The notes beneath the pieces are model-generated. The model did no database searches. It had not been told where the DNA came from and saw only the letters and a list, made by a program, of their open reading frames with translations. 64,000 nt of DNA from the NCBI GenBank assembly GCA_026396175.1, contig JAPLXG010000012.1, positions 19,360-83,359 on the forward strand, read 5' to 3'. This stretch comes from Candidatus Moraniibacteriota bacterium. GTDB lineage: Bacteria; Patescibacteriota; Minisyncoccia; Moranbacterales; UBA2206. Positions 33,012-43,657 of this stretch are shown here, one piece after another; position 1 is the first letter of the stretch; each line of letters starts with the position of its first letter. Made by a program: the position numbers and the translations under genes.

Positions 33012-33314
33012 ATGACCATAACATTTGATAGTATCGAGGATGCAAAGGAATATGTTGCGTATATCACCGGATCAGACCCAAAAATTTTCGAAAAAGTTGA
33101 GGGGCTGAAAGTTGCGGGAATGGAAGCTTTTCTTCTCGATGACCCGGAAACGTCTGAGGAAATAAAGCAGTCAATTCGCGACAAGATTGACGCTCAACAA
33201 GCATTTAAATTCACAAATGCGAAAGGTGTCGAAGTAAGTATTGTTATTGGCCCTTTCCGAGATGGCTTTGACTGCTGGATTGTCGGTGATAAGGGTACAG
33301 CAGTACGATTATAA
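33012..33314 (+). CDS. Hypothetical protein
   Basis: 100-aa ORF, acidic, no recognisable family. Confidence 0.4.
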   Translation: MTITFDSIEDAKEYVAYITGSDPKIFEKVEGLKVAGMEAFLLDDPETSEEIKQSIRDKIDAQQAFKFTNAKGVEVSIVIGPFRDGFDCWIVGDKGTAVRL

Positions 33315-33390
33315 GAGTTAATAACAAATTGCAAATAAGTTTGCACGAAACCGCCCCGCGATAATTTCACGGGGCGCTTTTTTTAAAATT

Positions 33391-35037
33391 TTATTTCTTC
33401 TTATTCTTCCTCGCCGCCTTCACGAACTCAAAAAACAAAGGATGAGAAGTGAGGGGTTTGGATGTTAGTTCGGGATGAAATTGCACACCGACAAAGAACG
33501 GATGGGCAGATTGAGGAAGCTCGGTGATTTCCATTAGTTTTCCGTCGGGTGATTTGCCAGAAAAAACCAAACCGGCTTTTTCCAATCTTGGGGCATATTC
33601 CATATTAACTTCCCAACGATGACGGTGACGCTCTGAAATTTTGGGTTTTTTGTAGGCGTTGTAGGCAACGGTGCCTTTTTTAATGAGTGCTGGATAGGCG
33701 CCGAGACGCATTGTAGCTCCATAATTTTTATCCTCTAAATTTTTCTTTTGCTCGGGGATGATGTCAATCACCGGATTTTTTGTTTTGCGATTGATTTCAG
33801 TTGAGTTCGCGTCTTTGAGACCCAAAACATCGCGCGCATATTCAATCACCATCATTTGCATTCCATAGCAAAGTCCCAAAAAGGGAATTTTATTCTCACG
33901 CAAAAACTTAATAACACTAATCTTTCCTTCAATCCCTCGCGAACCAAAACCACCCGGAACAATAATACCGTCATAATTTTTGAGGTCTTCTAATTTATCG
34001 GGTTCTTTTTCATAGAGCTCACTATTAATCCAAGCAATTTCCGGCTTTAGTTTATTTCTGTAAGCGGCATGCTTGATGGCTTCGATCACGCTGATGTAAG
34101 CATCAGAGAGGACGAAATCACCGGTGCCGAAATATTTTCCCACAATACCAATCTTGATTTTTTCCTTAGATGCTTTAATGCCTTCCACAAAATCATACCA
34201 CTCTTTCATATTGGATTTTTTGTTTTCCGGCAGATTCAATTTCTTGAGAATCAACCGACTCAAATCATCCCGTTCAAAATTAACGGGAATTTCATAGATA
34301 TTGTCCGCGTCCGGTGCCGAGATGACATAGCGCTCGGAGATGTTGCAAAACATTCCTAATTTTTCTTTACGTTTTTGATCAAGAAAAGTTTCGCTTCTAG
34401 CAATAATCACGTCCGGTTGGATGCCGGCGCCATTCAGTGTTCGTACCGCATATTGTGTCGGTTTGGTTTTCATCTCGCCGACTTTTGAGGGAATTGGCAA
34501 ATAACTCACCATCACAAACATCACATCTTCCGGATATTTGATTTTCATCATTCTGGCCGCTTCGAGAAATAAGATGTTTTGGTATTCGCCGATTGTTCCA
34601 CCAATTTCAATCAGCGTCACGTCTGATTTAGCTTTCACGGAAGCTTTTTCGATGCGATCAATTACTTCCAAGGGGATGTGCGGGACTACTTCAACGCATT
34701 TGCCGTTGTAACCCAAATTGCGCTCCCGATGGATAACTGTTTCATAGACACTGCCAGTAGTCATGTAATTGTCGCTAGGCAAAGTGATGTTGAGAAATCT
34801 TTCATAATTTCCCATATCTTGATCGGTTTCATAACCATCATTTAAAACAAAAACCTCGCCGTGTTCCGTTGGATTCATCGTGCCAGCGTCAACGTTGATA
34901 TATGGATCAATCTTGATCGCAGTCACACTGAGTCCTCGTGCTTTCAAGATGATCCCGATTGATGAAGTTGATATCCCCTTCCCCACCCCACTCATCACTC
35001 CCCCGACGATGAATATGAACTTGCGGTTTTGTTTCAT
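33391..35037 (-). CDS. pyrG: CTP synthase
   Basis: N-terminal synthetase domain (IFIVGGVMSGVGKG) and C-terminal glutamine amidotransferase (GLCYGMQ, HPE). Confidence 0.9.
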   Translation of the reverse strand: MKQNRKFIFIVGGVMSGVGKGISTSSIGIILKARGLSVTAIKIDPYINVDAGTMNPTEHGEVFVLNDGYETDQDMGNYERFLNITLPSDNYMTTGSVYETVIHRERNLGYNGKCVEVVPHIPLEVIDRIEKASVKAKSDVTLIEIGGTIGEYQNILFLEAARMMKIKYPEDVMFVMVSYLPIPSKVGEMKTKPTQYAVRTLNGAGIQPDVIIARSETFLDQKRKEKLGMFCNISERYVISAPDADNIYEIPVNFERDDLSRLILKKLNLPENKKSNMKEWYDFVEGIKASKEKIKIGIVGKYFGTGDFVLSDAYISVIEAIKHAAYRNKLKPEIAWINSELYEKEPDKLEDLKNYDGIIVPGGFGSRGIEGKISVIKFLRENKIPFLGLCYGMQMMVIEYARDVLGLKDANSTEINRKTKNPVIDIIPEQKKNLEDKNYGATMRLGAYPALIKKGTVAYNAYKKPKISERHRHRWEVNMEYAPRLEKAGLVFSGKSPDGKLMEITELPQSAHPFFVGVQFHPELTSKPLTSHPLFFEFVKAARKNKKK

Positions 35038-35205
35038 ACTTTTTTTATTGAAAATTTAATTAAATTAACTAGACCGGGCAGGAACGGGTTTGTAACCCGT
35101 TTCGCATGTTTTACGGATTAGCCATAACATAACATCTGTAAACTTTGCGGACCGGGTTGCAAACCCGCTCCTGCGACATCTCCTGCAATGTGAATTTTCT
35201 ACAGA

Positions 35206-35233
35206 CAAAAAGTCGCTTCCCCCGCGACTTTTT
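35206..35233. terminator. Bidirectional Rho-independent terminator between rplI and the pyrG leader
   Basis: AAAAAGTCGC-TTCCCCC-GCGACTTTTTT. Confidence 0.6.
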
Positions 35234-35360
35234 TATTTTTTTAAAAATGGGACGAATCAAGCTTTACCCCTTCACTAATTTTCTAGCTTCTAATAATACG
35301 CGAGCATTGCTTCCTACTACTGTTCTTCAAAATTAGCCCAAGCGCAGTTTAGTGGTGGGG

Positions 35361-35807
35361 TTATGCCTCTTTGGAAACTAGGAGTTTGATTTTTGTCTCA
35401 ATCCCTTGAGCCAAACTAATCTTGATTTCATATTCTCCAACTTCTTTGATGTGCGCATCCATAATGATGGATTTTTCAGAAACAGTAAAACCTAATTTGC
35501 TAATTTCGCCCGCAACATCTTTCGCCGAAATTGACCCGAACAATTTTCCTTCTTCTTTTCCTTTCGCTTTAATTTCAATCAGCTTGTCTTTTAATTCTGC
35601 GGCTAACTTTTTAGTTTTTTCTAGATTTTCCAACTCAACTGTTTTTTCTTTTTTTCTCTGCGCTTCCACACGAGCGACTGATTCTTTCGTCGCGACTTCG
35701 GCCAGTTTTTTCGCAAACAAAAAATTGCGCGCATAACCATCGGAAACATTTTTCAGCTCACCTTTTTTGCCTAAATTTTTGACATCTCGCAGGAGAATTA
35801 TTTGCAT
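35361..35807 (-). CDS. rplI: 50S ribosomal protein L9
   Basis: [30 protein letters not shown] canonical L9 N-domain. Confidence 0.9.
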   Translation of the reverse strand: MQIILLRDVKNLGKKGELKNVSDGYARNFLFAKKLAEVATKESVARVEAQRKKEKTVELENLEKTKKLAAELKDKLIEIKAKGKEEGKLFGSISAKDVAGEISKLGFTVSEKSIIMDAHIKEVGEYEIKISLAQGIETKIKLLVSKEA

Positions 35808-35859
35808 AGTTTTAGTATAGCGGAAATATTAAACTTTGGGAATAGGCAATCTTAACAAC

Positions 35860-35895
35860 GGGGACTAAGTCCCGAAGCTTCGGGACTTAGTCCCC
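35860..35895. repeat. 36-nt perfect palindrome GGGGACTAAGTCCCGAAGC|TTCGGGACTTAGTCCCC (18-bp stem, no loop)
   Basis: Exact self-complement between the rplI start and the ctpA stop. Confidence 0.7.
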
Positions 35896-35915
35896 TAGCT
35901 ACTTAATTTGTTTAA

Positions 35916-37226
35916 TTATTTCATCTTTTCCTGAAGCACTTCCAGGGCTTTGTCCAATTGCGGATCTTTATTATTCTGATAATCATCCGGCGTCATTTTA
36001 ACCTCTACGTCGGGGCTTATCCCTTTTTCCATAATATAATCTCCATTGGGCGTGAGCCATTTGGCCACTGTGACTTTGACGCTGGCGCCTTGAGGCAAAT
36101 CAATCAGTTCCTGAACTGAGCCTTTGCCAAAGGATTTTTCTCCAATCAGCGTTGTGCCTTGATCATCTCGCAGGGCGCCAGCCAGAATTTCTGAGGCGCT
36201 TGCACTGCCGCCGTTAATAAGGACGACCATCGGAATACTGCTGAGCGTATCTCCACCCTCAGTGGAAAAACTCTCCCTCTTTCCAGCAGCATCCTCTTCC
36301 ATAACCACTACTTTTCCTATCGGAATCATCCGACTGGCAATCGTAATCGCTTTATCCAAAAGTCCGCCCGGATCATTGCGCAAATCTAGGATAATACCCT
36401 TGGTGTTTTTAGCTAGCACGGTTTTCACTGCAGCATTAAATTCTTTGTCGGTATTTTCTCCGAATTTTGTAATTTCGATGCGAGCAATGTTGTTGTCTTT
36501 AAATTCCAGCTTGACACTTTTTACTTCGATCGTATCGCGAATGATGGAAATTTCTTTCGTATCTTTTTCACCATTCGGCAAAATGGTCAGTTTCACTTCC
36601 GTGCCTTTCTTTCCTCTGATAAGCGCGACTGATTCATCGATCGTCATATCGGAAATAATTTTGTCGCCAATTTTGAGAATCTTATCTCCAGCGCGCAGTC
36701 CGGCTTTTTGGGCTGGCGATCCGTCGAGCGGCGCAATCACCGTAAGAAGATTATCTTTCACACCTAGTTCCGCTCCGATCCCGTCAAAACTGCCGCCCAA
36801 ATCTTGCGAAAAAGCTTTGTTTTCTTCCGGATCAAAAAAGGAAGTATAGGGATCGCCGGTGGCTTTCAGCATTCCGGAAATTGCGCCATAGACCATTTTT
36901 TGTGCGTCCAAATCATTGCGGTTAACATGCTTTTCTTTAACAATATCCCAAACTTTCCAAAAGAGCGAAAAATCCACTCCATTAGTCGCCGTTTTATTTT
37001 CCAAGATTGCTTGCTCAAGCGGAACATTCTTAGCAGCCATTCCCGCATCGTTACCCTTTCCACGGCTAAATCCGATCGTATAACTAGCAAAGACAATGGC
37101 AATAATAAAAAAAATAGCCAAACCTTTTTTGAATATTTTCCGGTTGTGCTCCAATTCTTTTTCCGGATAAGTATAAATTGGTTCGACTTTTTCCTCCTTA
37201 CATTCTTCTTGTTTTATTTCTTCCAT
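35916..37226 (-). CDS. ctpA: Carboxyl-terminal processing protease (S41) with PDZ domain
   Basis: PDZ (GSPAQKAGLRAGDKILKIGDK), S41 catalytic region LDLRNDPGG...GGSASASEI. Confidence 0.85.
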   Translation of the reverse strand: MEEIKQEECKEEKVEPIYTYPEKELEHNRKIFKKGLAIFFIIAIVFASYTIGFSRGKGNDAGMAAKNVPLEQAILENKTATNGVDFSLFWKVWDIVKEKHVNRNDLDAQKMVYGAISGMLKATGDPYTSFFDPEENKAFSQDLGGSFDGIGAELGVKDNLLTVIAPLDGSPAQKAGLRAGDKILKIGDKIISDMTIDESVALIRGKKGTEVKLTILPNGEKDTKEISIIRDTIEVKSVKLEFKDNNIARIEITKFGENTDKEFNAAVKTVLAKNTKGIILDLRNDPGGLLDKAITIASRMIPIGKVVVMEEDAAGKRESFSTEGGDTLSSIPMVVLINGGSASASEILAGALRDDQGTTLIGEKSFGKGSVQELIDLPQGASVKVTVAKWLTPNGDYIMEKGISPDVEVKMTPDDYQNNKDPQLDKALEVLQEKMK

Positions 37227-37234
37227 TTGATTTG

Positions 37235-38044
37235 TTAGTTATTTTTTGGCAAGGGTTTTCCTGCGTATTTCTTAAAATATTTTAGCGCGCTAGCAATATG
37301 AATCCAAGCCAAGCGATTCGAGGCAAGTGTTTTCAAAATGCTTTTTCCGGCTGAACCTTTTCCGTGGTAATGATATATTTTAGCTTCAGGATTATAGACG
37401 ACGCGGTAATTGTTTTCCCAAAAGCGCCGGCACCAATCGGTGTCTTCAAAATACATCTTGAATTGTGGATCCAGCAGTCCCACTTTCTCAACTGCTTCTC
37501 TTTTGGTTAGAAGAGCGGAACCCATCAGCCAGTCGACATTCTTGATGCTTGTGTGGTCAAATTCTTGCATTAAAAAACGATCAAGATGCTTTTTGGCAAA
37601 GCCAAATTTCCCCAAAAACGTCCGCCGATAAACAATCGTGAGCGGCGTATAGAAACGAAAACTGGATGGCTGAAACTTTTCATCAAAGCCCAAGAGTTGT
37701 GGTCCGACAATTCCGACGTCTAGATTATTTTTGATGTAATCCAAGAGAATTTCGATCGAATTCTTTTTGATCAGAATGTCGCCATTGAGAATCAGGATAA
37801 ATTTTCCGGTACTTTTTTCGCAACCCTTCCTGACCAATCCGCCAAAGCCGAGATTTTCTTGCGATGGGATAAAAACAATTTCCGGAAAATCCTCCCGCAT
37901 AAGCATCTCCGTCGCTTCCTCTGTCGCGCTATCCGCGACAATCAATTCATAATCCGTGCCTGTATAATTTTTCCGAATGGAAGTCAAGCAGAGTCTTAAG
38001 AGTTCCGGATTTTTATAGCTAGTGACAATAATTGAGAGTTCCAT
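37235..38044 (-). CDS. Glycosyltransferase family 2
   Basis: LSIIVTSYKNPE...LIVADSAT...DXD-type GT-A fold. Confidence 0.8.
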   Translation of the reverse strand: MELSIIVTSYKNPELLRLCLTSIRKNYTGTDYELIVADSATEEATEMLMREDFPEIVFIPSQENLGFGGLVRKGCEKSTGKFILILNGDILIKKNSIEILLDYIKNNLDVGIVGPQLLGFDEKFQPSSFRFYTPLTIVYRRTFLGKFGFAKKHLDRFLMQEFDHTSIKNVDWLMGSALLTKREAVEKVGLLDPQFKMYFEDTDWCRRFWENNYRVVYNPEAKIYHYHGKGSAGKSILKTLASNRLAWIHIASALKYFKKYAGKPLPKNN

Positions 38045-38099
38045 TAAAAAGACAAGAGAAGGTTAACATTTTTTAAATGTTAAACAATCTATTTTTTAT

Positions 38100-39317
38100 C
38101 TATTTGGGCTTAATGTCTGATTGCGCTGGAAGAGTGAAAATATTTTTTACCATTTCGTGAATTTTGTCATAATTGTCTCCGATAGGAAGAAGAATGTAGC
38201 CCGCTGCTCCCTCTGGCGGGTTATAGAGTAAGCCTTCGTCTGAATTTTCAAGCACTCTTTGATAGATTTGAGCAGTAGGAATGGTTTTGTAGAGCTCATA
38301 GAATTTTTGCATTTCCCAAGCTTGCATATCCGTCCGAACATTATCACCAAGACTATTGAGAATTCCGTTTAGCTTATTGAAATCAGCCAATGTTCCAATA
38401 CTGAGCATCTTGTCTTTCACGAGCTGAATCACTTGCTGTTGTCTTTTGGCTCTTTCAAAATCACTGGAAGTTTTGCGCGAGCGGACATAGCAAAGGGCAT
38501 TCGCGCCATTAAGCGTTTGCTTGCCGGCTGGCAATTTGAAATCTCCTCCGCATTCCAAAGTGTCCTTGGGCGCTGTGCAAAGAGGATATTTAGGAACTTT
38601 TGTTTTAACCACATAGGCTACGCCGGCCGCATTGTGCTTAGTGTGCCTTTCAATCTTATTCTCCCAATTACCAGTACGAATTGTAAAAAAAGAATCACAA
38701 ACATGTTCTTCGTTGAATTGCATTGATTCGTCAAAAGGTTGGTCAAGGGTAATGTCCACTCCGCCGATTGCATCAACTAGTTGCGTAAATCCAGCAAAAT
38801 TGATACTCGCCGCGTAATGAATCGGGATGCCCAAAACATTTCCCAGCACGATTTTCATATTTTCCAAGCCCTTGTCTTTTCCATCCTGCTCTCCATAGGC
38901 ATGCACGGCATTAATTTTTTGTTGATCTTGCGTTCCCGGCACAGTCACATAGAGATCGCGTGGAACGGAAATCATCGAAACTTTATTTTCTTTCAGTAAA
39001 ATGCTAATTACCACGATCGAATCGGCCAATGTTCCGCCTCCCGGCAAATCCGCGCCTCGCATTCCCAAGATGGCGACATTAATTCGGCCATCTTTTTCTC
39101 CTTTCAGCTCGTTGTTTATGCCGGGAACAATGTGCGACAAATTTCCCAAGATTCCCCCACCGGAAATTTTTGTGAGCACGCTATTGGTTTTCCAAGCGAA
39201 TACTCCGCCGATTAGTAGGAGCACCAGCAAAATTCCTGTTGCTATTTTAAAACCTTTTTTCTGATAAAAACGTTTCTTTGCTCCGGAAACATTTTGACTT
39301 GATTTTGAATTAAACAT
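38100..39317 (-). CDS. LytR-CpsA-Psr (LCP) family cell-envelope glycopolymer transferase
   Basis: N-terminal TM; RINVAILGMRGAD...SDSIVVISI...SVPRDLYV LCP core. Confidence 0.8.
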   Translation of the reverse strand: MFNSKSSQNVSGAKKRFYQKKGFKIATGILLVLLLIGGVFAWKTNSVLTKISGGGILGNLSHIVPGINNELKGEKDGRINVAILGMRGADLPGGGTLADSIVVISILLKENKVSMISVPRDLYVTVPGTQDQQKINAVHAYGEQDGKDKGLENMKIVLGNVLGIPIHYAASINFAGFTQLVDAIGGVDITLDQPFDESMQFNEEHVCDSFFTIRTGNWENKIERHTKHNAAGVAYVVKTKVPKYPLCTAPKDTLECGGDFKLPAGKQTLNGANALCYVRSRKTSSDFERAKRQQQVIQLVKDKMLSIGTLADFNKLNGILNSLGDNVRTDMQAWEMQKFYELYKTIPTAQIYQRVLENSDEGLLYNPPEGAAGYILLPIGDNYDKIHEMVKNIFTLPAQSDIKPK

Positions 39318-39485
39318 CTAGATTTTTCATTCTCGCGCAAGCGGCGGAATTTATTAAACGAGTTATAACTAAATCTAGGCGTTTTCCCTTTATTTGGCTT
39401 ATTTAAGCCAAAATAAAAAAATCGCCATAACCTCTATATTTTACCTTTTTTGCCAGATTTGTCAATCGAAAATCTGTGCCCCATC

Positions 39486-40661
39486 TTATCCCTCCAAACT
39501 TTCAAAAATTTCCAGCATCTTTTCGGCAGTCTTTGCCCAAGAAAAAAGCTTGAGTTGTTCCTGTTCTTTTCCTAATGATTGGTTTTTTGAGTCGTCTTCT
39601 GATAAGAGTTGCAGTAATTTTTGCGCCAAATCAGCGCTATCGTTCGGTGCAAAATATAACGCGGCGTCCCCGGCTATTTCTCTGTGCGACGGAATGTCCG
39701 AAATCACTGCTGGCAATCCAACGGAAAAAGCTTCGAGAATCGGAATGCCGAAACCTTCATAGAGTGAAGGAAAACAAAAGCAATCAGCCAATTGCATTAC
39801 AGCTTTTTTGTCTTCTTCTGGAATAAAGCCAGGAAAAATAACTTCTTCTTCGCTTAATGTGTGAGCTTTAATCATTGCATCAATCTCCGAATCGTAATTA
39901 TGACTTTTGCCACCAGCTAAAACCAACTTTACGCCTGGCAATTGATTTTTAATTTTCGCGTAAGCTTCGACTAGAACCGGAAGATTTTTTCTTGGCTGGA
40001 GCGTTCCGATATAAAAGATAAATTTTTCCGGTAGATTATATTTTTGTCTGATTTTTTCTAACTCAGCTTGTGAAAAAGTTTGCGTCAAGAAATCATCCGC
40101 CACGGCATTATGAATATGATCAACTTTTTTCGGATCTATTTCGTAGTAGCTTATAATCCCTTCCTGTGTAAATTTTGAGACCGCAATTATTTTGTCCGCT
40201 CTTTTTAGTGCCAGCGGTATAAGTGTGCGCAAAAAAAACAAATCATCAAATTTGATGAGAGACGGAAAAACACGAAAAGAAACGTCGTGAATGACGGTAA
40301 GAATTTTGATTTTTTTCGGCACAAAAAACGGCGTGATGTATTGCGTGAGATAGAGATCAATCGGATTGGCGCGCAGATATTTTGGCAAAGTCCAAAAATT
40401 CCAACTGAATTTATTTTTTGTCGCCAATGAGATTATTTCAAAATTAGGTTTATTTTCAATGCCTAAATCGCTTTTTATTTTTACCAAAGTTTCCGGGTCG
40501 CGAATATCAGTAAATAGCTGGTAGTTATTCTTAACATCGATAAGCGCCAAGTTTTTCACCAAATTAAAAAACACCACCTCATCACCGGTTCTCTTTTTGC
40601 CAATATTGCGAATATCAATGCCAATTTGCATAATTATGTGTAATACGCCTGAGAATCCCAA
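39486..40661 (-). CDS. Glycosyltransferase family 4 (GT-B)
   Basis: C-terminal FPSLYEGFGIPILEAFSVGLPAV motif. Confidence 0.8.
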   Translation of the reverse strand: MGFSGVLHIIMQIGIDIRNIGKKRTGDEVVFFNLVKNLALIDVKNNYQLFTDIRDPETLVKIKSDLGIENKPNFEIISLATKNKFSWNFWTLPKYLRANPIDLYLTQYITPFFVPKKIKILTVIHDVSFRVFPSLIKFDDLFFLRTLIPLALKRADKIIAVSKFTQEGIISYYEIDPKKVDHIHNAVADDFLTQTFSQAELEKIRQKYNLPEKFIFYIGTLQPRKNLPVLVEAYAKIKNQLPGVKLVLAGGKSHNYDSEIDAMIKAHTLSEEEVIFPGFIPEEDKKAVMQLADCFCFPSLYEGFGIPILEAFSVGLPAVISDIPSHREIAGDAALYFAPNDSADLAQKLLQLLSEDDSKNQSLGKEQEQLKLFSWAKTAEKMLEIFESLEG

Positions 40662-40706
40662 TTAGACTCAATAAGAGGTCATTATTCTTCAGTATAGCAC
40701 TATTCT

Positions 40707-41969
40707 CTAATCCAAAAAAATCTTCACTAGTTTGAATAAGTTGAAGATTGGATGTGAAAAAAAACTATTGCAACCTTTCATTAGCTCCTTGGAATCTTCG
40801 TGTGTTTCTCTCTTTGCCAGATTAAAAGCGTATTTCTGGTTTATCTTGCCCCAGGCCTTGGCCATTTCAGTTTTTTCTGCTGGTCCAGAAATTTTTTTTC
40901 TATCACATTTTCTGAAAAGAACGTGATTGAGCGTCAGCCAAAGTGAAATTGCTCTCGCACCAATAAAATTTTCGCTCTCGGTATTGATAATAGAAGGTAT
41001 TAAAAGATTGGGAAAGATTAGGTCTAAATCAGAAAGATCACTCAGGATAAAAGCCATATTCCAAGTGATATACAAACTGACCCATTCTTGGCTAAACTCA
41101 AAAACAGGGAAAAGATAATCTTTTTGGACAATCGATTTGTAAAAAATATTGGTGTTATTTTCAGGTATTACGCTTTTCCTCTTAAATAATGTACGCGGAG
41201 GATTTATCCTTATATTTTCTGATAGCTCAAACGCGCTGATCGCATTCACCACAAAGCCCTTCTTATACTCCGTAACCCCTGCTTCATAGATATTTATTCT
41301 AAGCAACTCATTGGCATACGAAAGATTACGCAGTAGTAATTTATATTCCAAGTGGTTTATTTTTTTCTCTTTGAACAATTTCTCTGCTTCGCCATTTTTC
41401 AGTTTTGCATCGACAAGATTGCGTTGAGTCCTAAAATAAATCATTGCGGGATCGACTGATAAATATTTGATGGTTCCAAATAATTCATGAGAAATTCCAA
41501 CTGCACGCAAAAAAGAACTAGCTAGATGCGTCGAATTAATATTATGCTCTTGCTCTTTGGTTTTATAGTGGTCCTGAAGCTCAATAAAAAAATTGTGACT
41601 ATTGCACATTGCCGCAGTCAAAGCTTCCAATACGTACATTACATGCACAGATCTTATGATATACTCCGACTGTCCAAACCATCTTTTTCTAAGTGCTAGG
41701 TCCGCAAATTCCACAATAGCGGGGTGTTTCGAAATAATTCCCTTTTTGATATTTTCAAACATCGGCTGCAATTTCTGAGGCTTAGAAACAATATCCTTGA
41801 AAAACTTTTCCATTCGCTTATTTTTCGTTTTGAAATCAGCCAGTTTTAGCTCCTTAATAATGTCTTGCATAATCAGAGGATCTGTTTTCAAATCTTTATG
41901 CAAACCAAAAGCGGCCATTGATTTTTCAAAGATAGCTTCTGATTGTTTTTTGGTGTGTGTTTTTGTCAT
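40707..41969 (-). CDS. Hypothetical protein within the glycosylation locus (AT-rich gene)
   Basis: ORF only; start at the internal Met giving a 4-nt overlap with the upstream gene. Confidence 0.4.
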   Translation of the reverse strand: MTKTHTKKQSEAIFEKSMAAFGLHKDLKTDPLIMQDIIKELKLADFKTKNKRMEKFFKDIVSKPQKLQPMFENIKKGIISKHPAIVEFADLALRKRWFGQSEYIIRSVHVMYVLEALTAAMCNSHNFFIELQDHYKTKEQEHNINSTHLASSFLRAVGISHELFGTIKYLSVDPAMIYFRTQRNLVDAKLKNGEAEKLFKEKKINHLEYKLLLRNLSYANELLRINIYEAGVTEYKKGFVVNAISAFELSENIRINPPRTLFKRKSVIPENNTNIFYKSIVQKDYLFPVFEFSQEWVSLYITWNMAFILSDLSDLDLIFPNLLIPSIINTESENFIGARAISLWLTLNHVLFRKCDRKKISGPAEKTEMAKAWGKINQKYAFNLAKRETHEDSKELMKGCNSFFSHPIFNLFKLVKIFLD

Positions 41970-43558
41970 TTGTATGAAACTGTCTTCAACGCACTCGCAA
42001 CCCCCAGCCAAACCCAAAAGAATCCAAGCATAATTCCAGCGTTAAATAGATTAAAAATTACCAAGCCTGTCCAAGAAGTTAAAATAAATAGGGCAAAAGT
42101 TTTTTGTTCCAAATCTGCTTCTCTAAAAAATGCAATAATTGCTCGAACAAAAATAGTGCCGAGGAGAATGATTAAGCTCAAAAATCCGATAAGGCCGCTG
42201 CCAAGATAGGTTTCGAGGAAAATGTTGCTGGAGTTGAGATTGGCGCCGCGGGCGTCTTTGCCGAGCACAGTGGGGATATTAGCCCAGCCGATGCCCAAGA
42301 TTGGATGCGTTTTGATTTGCGCGAAGCTCTTGCGGTAGACTTCGGCGCGAACATTCACATTTGGATCGGTGCGATTAATTTCAGTTACGAAGCGACCTTG
42401 GTTTTTTTCTGCCGTAATTTCTTCTAAATTAATATGGCGACAATTAAGGGCCGTCAGATCTTCCAGTGAAGAAATTTTTTCGGGTAACGCAATATTGCTT
42501 TCGCAACTGATGGTAATTTTTTGCGTCCCGCCTGTGCTCACGGCGCGATTGAATAGTTGGAAAGTAGTCAGCGGGAAACAACATATCACTCCGAGACTAA
42601 CAATAAACGTGGCGATTATTCCTAGCTTAATTTTAATAGTTGATTTCCATTGCCACTCGCGAAAATTCAATTTTAAATTAGTAAAAATTGCAACTAAAAA
42701 CACAATTGTCATCGCGATTGCTCCAAGCCAAGCGCTACGAGAAACGGAAACCAAAAGAAGCGCGAAAGCTAGCATTAAATAGGAATAGCCACTTAATAGG
42801 CCTATGCGCCTAACTAGCTTAGTATCGTCAGATTTTTGAGTTATGAAATAAATTAATGCGTAGACGCTAGCTAAAATCAAAATGAGAAAGAGCCCCAGCC
42901 AATCCGGTTCGGTAAGTGTGCCGTTGGGCCTTCCGGGCATCACGGAAAAGGAACTGAGTCCTTTGGCAAAACGCACATTTTGCCAAAAACCATAGAGCGT
43001 AATGACAAAAGTTGAACTCAAAAAAAATGGTAAGCTTTTTTTTAGGTCAGATGAGTTTTGGATGTAGTTTTTGACCAGAATAAACATTGCGGCAAAGGAA
43101 AAAAGAATGAGCGCAAATTTTAGTTCGGCTTTGGGATTTTGAGAATTAAAAATAGAAAAAAGACTAGCAAGTGGAATGAGAAAAACAAGATAATCGGTCC
43201 AACTCAATTTTGCTAGTTTGAAATATAGTTTTTTGGAAAAAAAGCGAATGGCAATCGCCAGAAAAAGCAGTCCGCCGATTAGTTGATATGGCCTCACCGC
43301 AATTCCCAGACGTTCTGGTGCAAGATTGATATTTTCCAGGGCAATTGTCCCCATAAAAAGCATAAACGCCCAACCAGGACGATAGAGCGCGAAAGCTAAA
43401 ATTAAAATCGCAAAAAAAACAAAATCTCCCGTCCGCATCGGAAGCACACCGAGGTTGTTAAATAAAATCAAAAAGAAGACCAGAAGAACGTTAGTCAAGA
43501 CCAGGTACGTTTTTGTGTTATTTAGTTTTTCTGCTAGTTGTTTGATATATGAGAACAT
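41966..43558 (-). CDS. O-antigen ligase / Wzy_C-family polytopic membrane protein
   Basis: More than 10 TM helices with a large loop; typical Wzy_C architecture in a GT-rich locus. Confidence 0.6.
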   Translation of the reverse strand: MFSYIKQLAEKLNNTKTYLVLTNVLLVFFLILFNNLGVLPMRTGDFVFFAILILAFALYRPGWAFMLFMGTIALENINLAPERLGIAVRPYQLIGGLLFLAIAIRFFSKKLYFKLAKLSWTDYLVFLIPLASLFSIFNSQNPKAELKFALILFSFAAMFILVKNYIQNSSDLKKSLPFFLSSTFVITLYGFWQNVRFAKGLSSFSVMPGRPNGTLTEPDWLGLFLILILASVYALIYFITQKSDDTKLVRRIGLLSGYSYLMLAFALLLVSVSRSAWLGAIAMTIVFLVAIFTNLKLNFREWQWKSTIKIKLGIIATFIVSLGVICCFPLTTFQLFNRAVSTGGTQKITISCESNIALPEKISSLEDLTALNCRHINLEEITAEKNQGRFVTEINRTDPNVNVRAEVYRKSFAQIKTHPILGIGWANIPTVLGKDARGANLNSSNIFLETYLGSGLIGFLSLIILLGTIFVRAIIAFFREADLEQKTFALFILTSWTGLVIFNLFNAGIMLGFFWVWLGVASALKTVSYK

Positions 43559-43657
43559 AGTGGAGTAAGGAACTGGGTCACTGGCAGTAGGATAGGTTTT
43601 TGGTCGTAAGGCCTAGGAAAAAATCCAATGACCCAAGACCTATGACCAGTCTTACAG

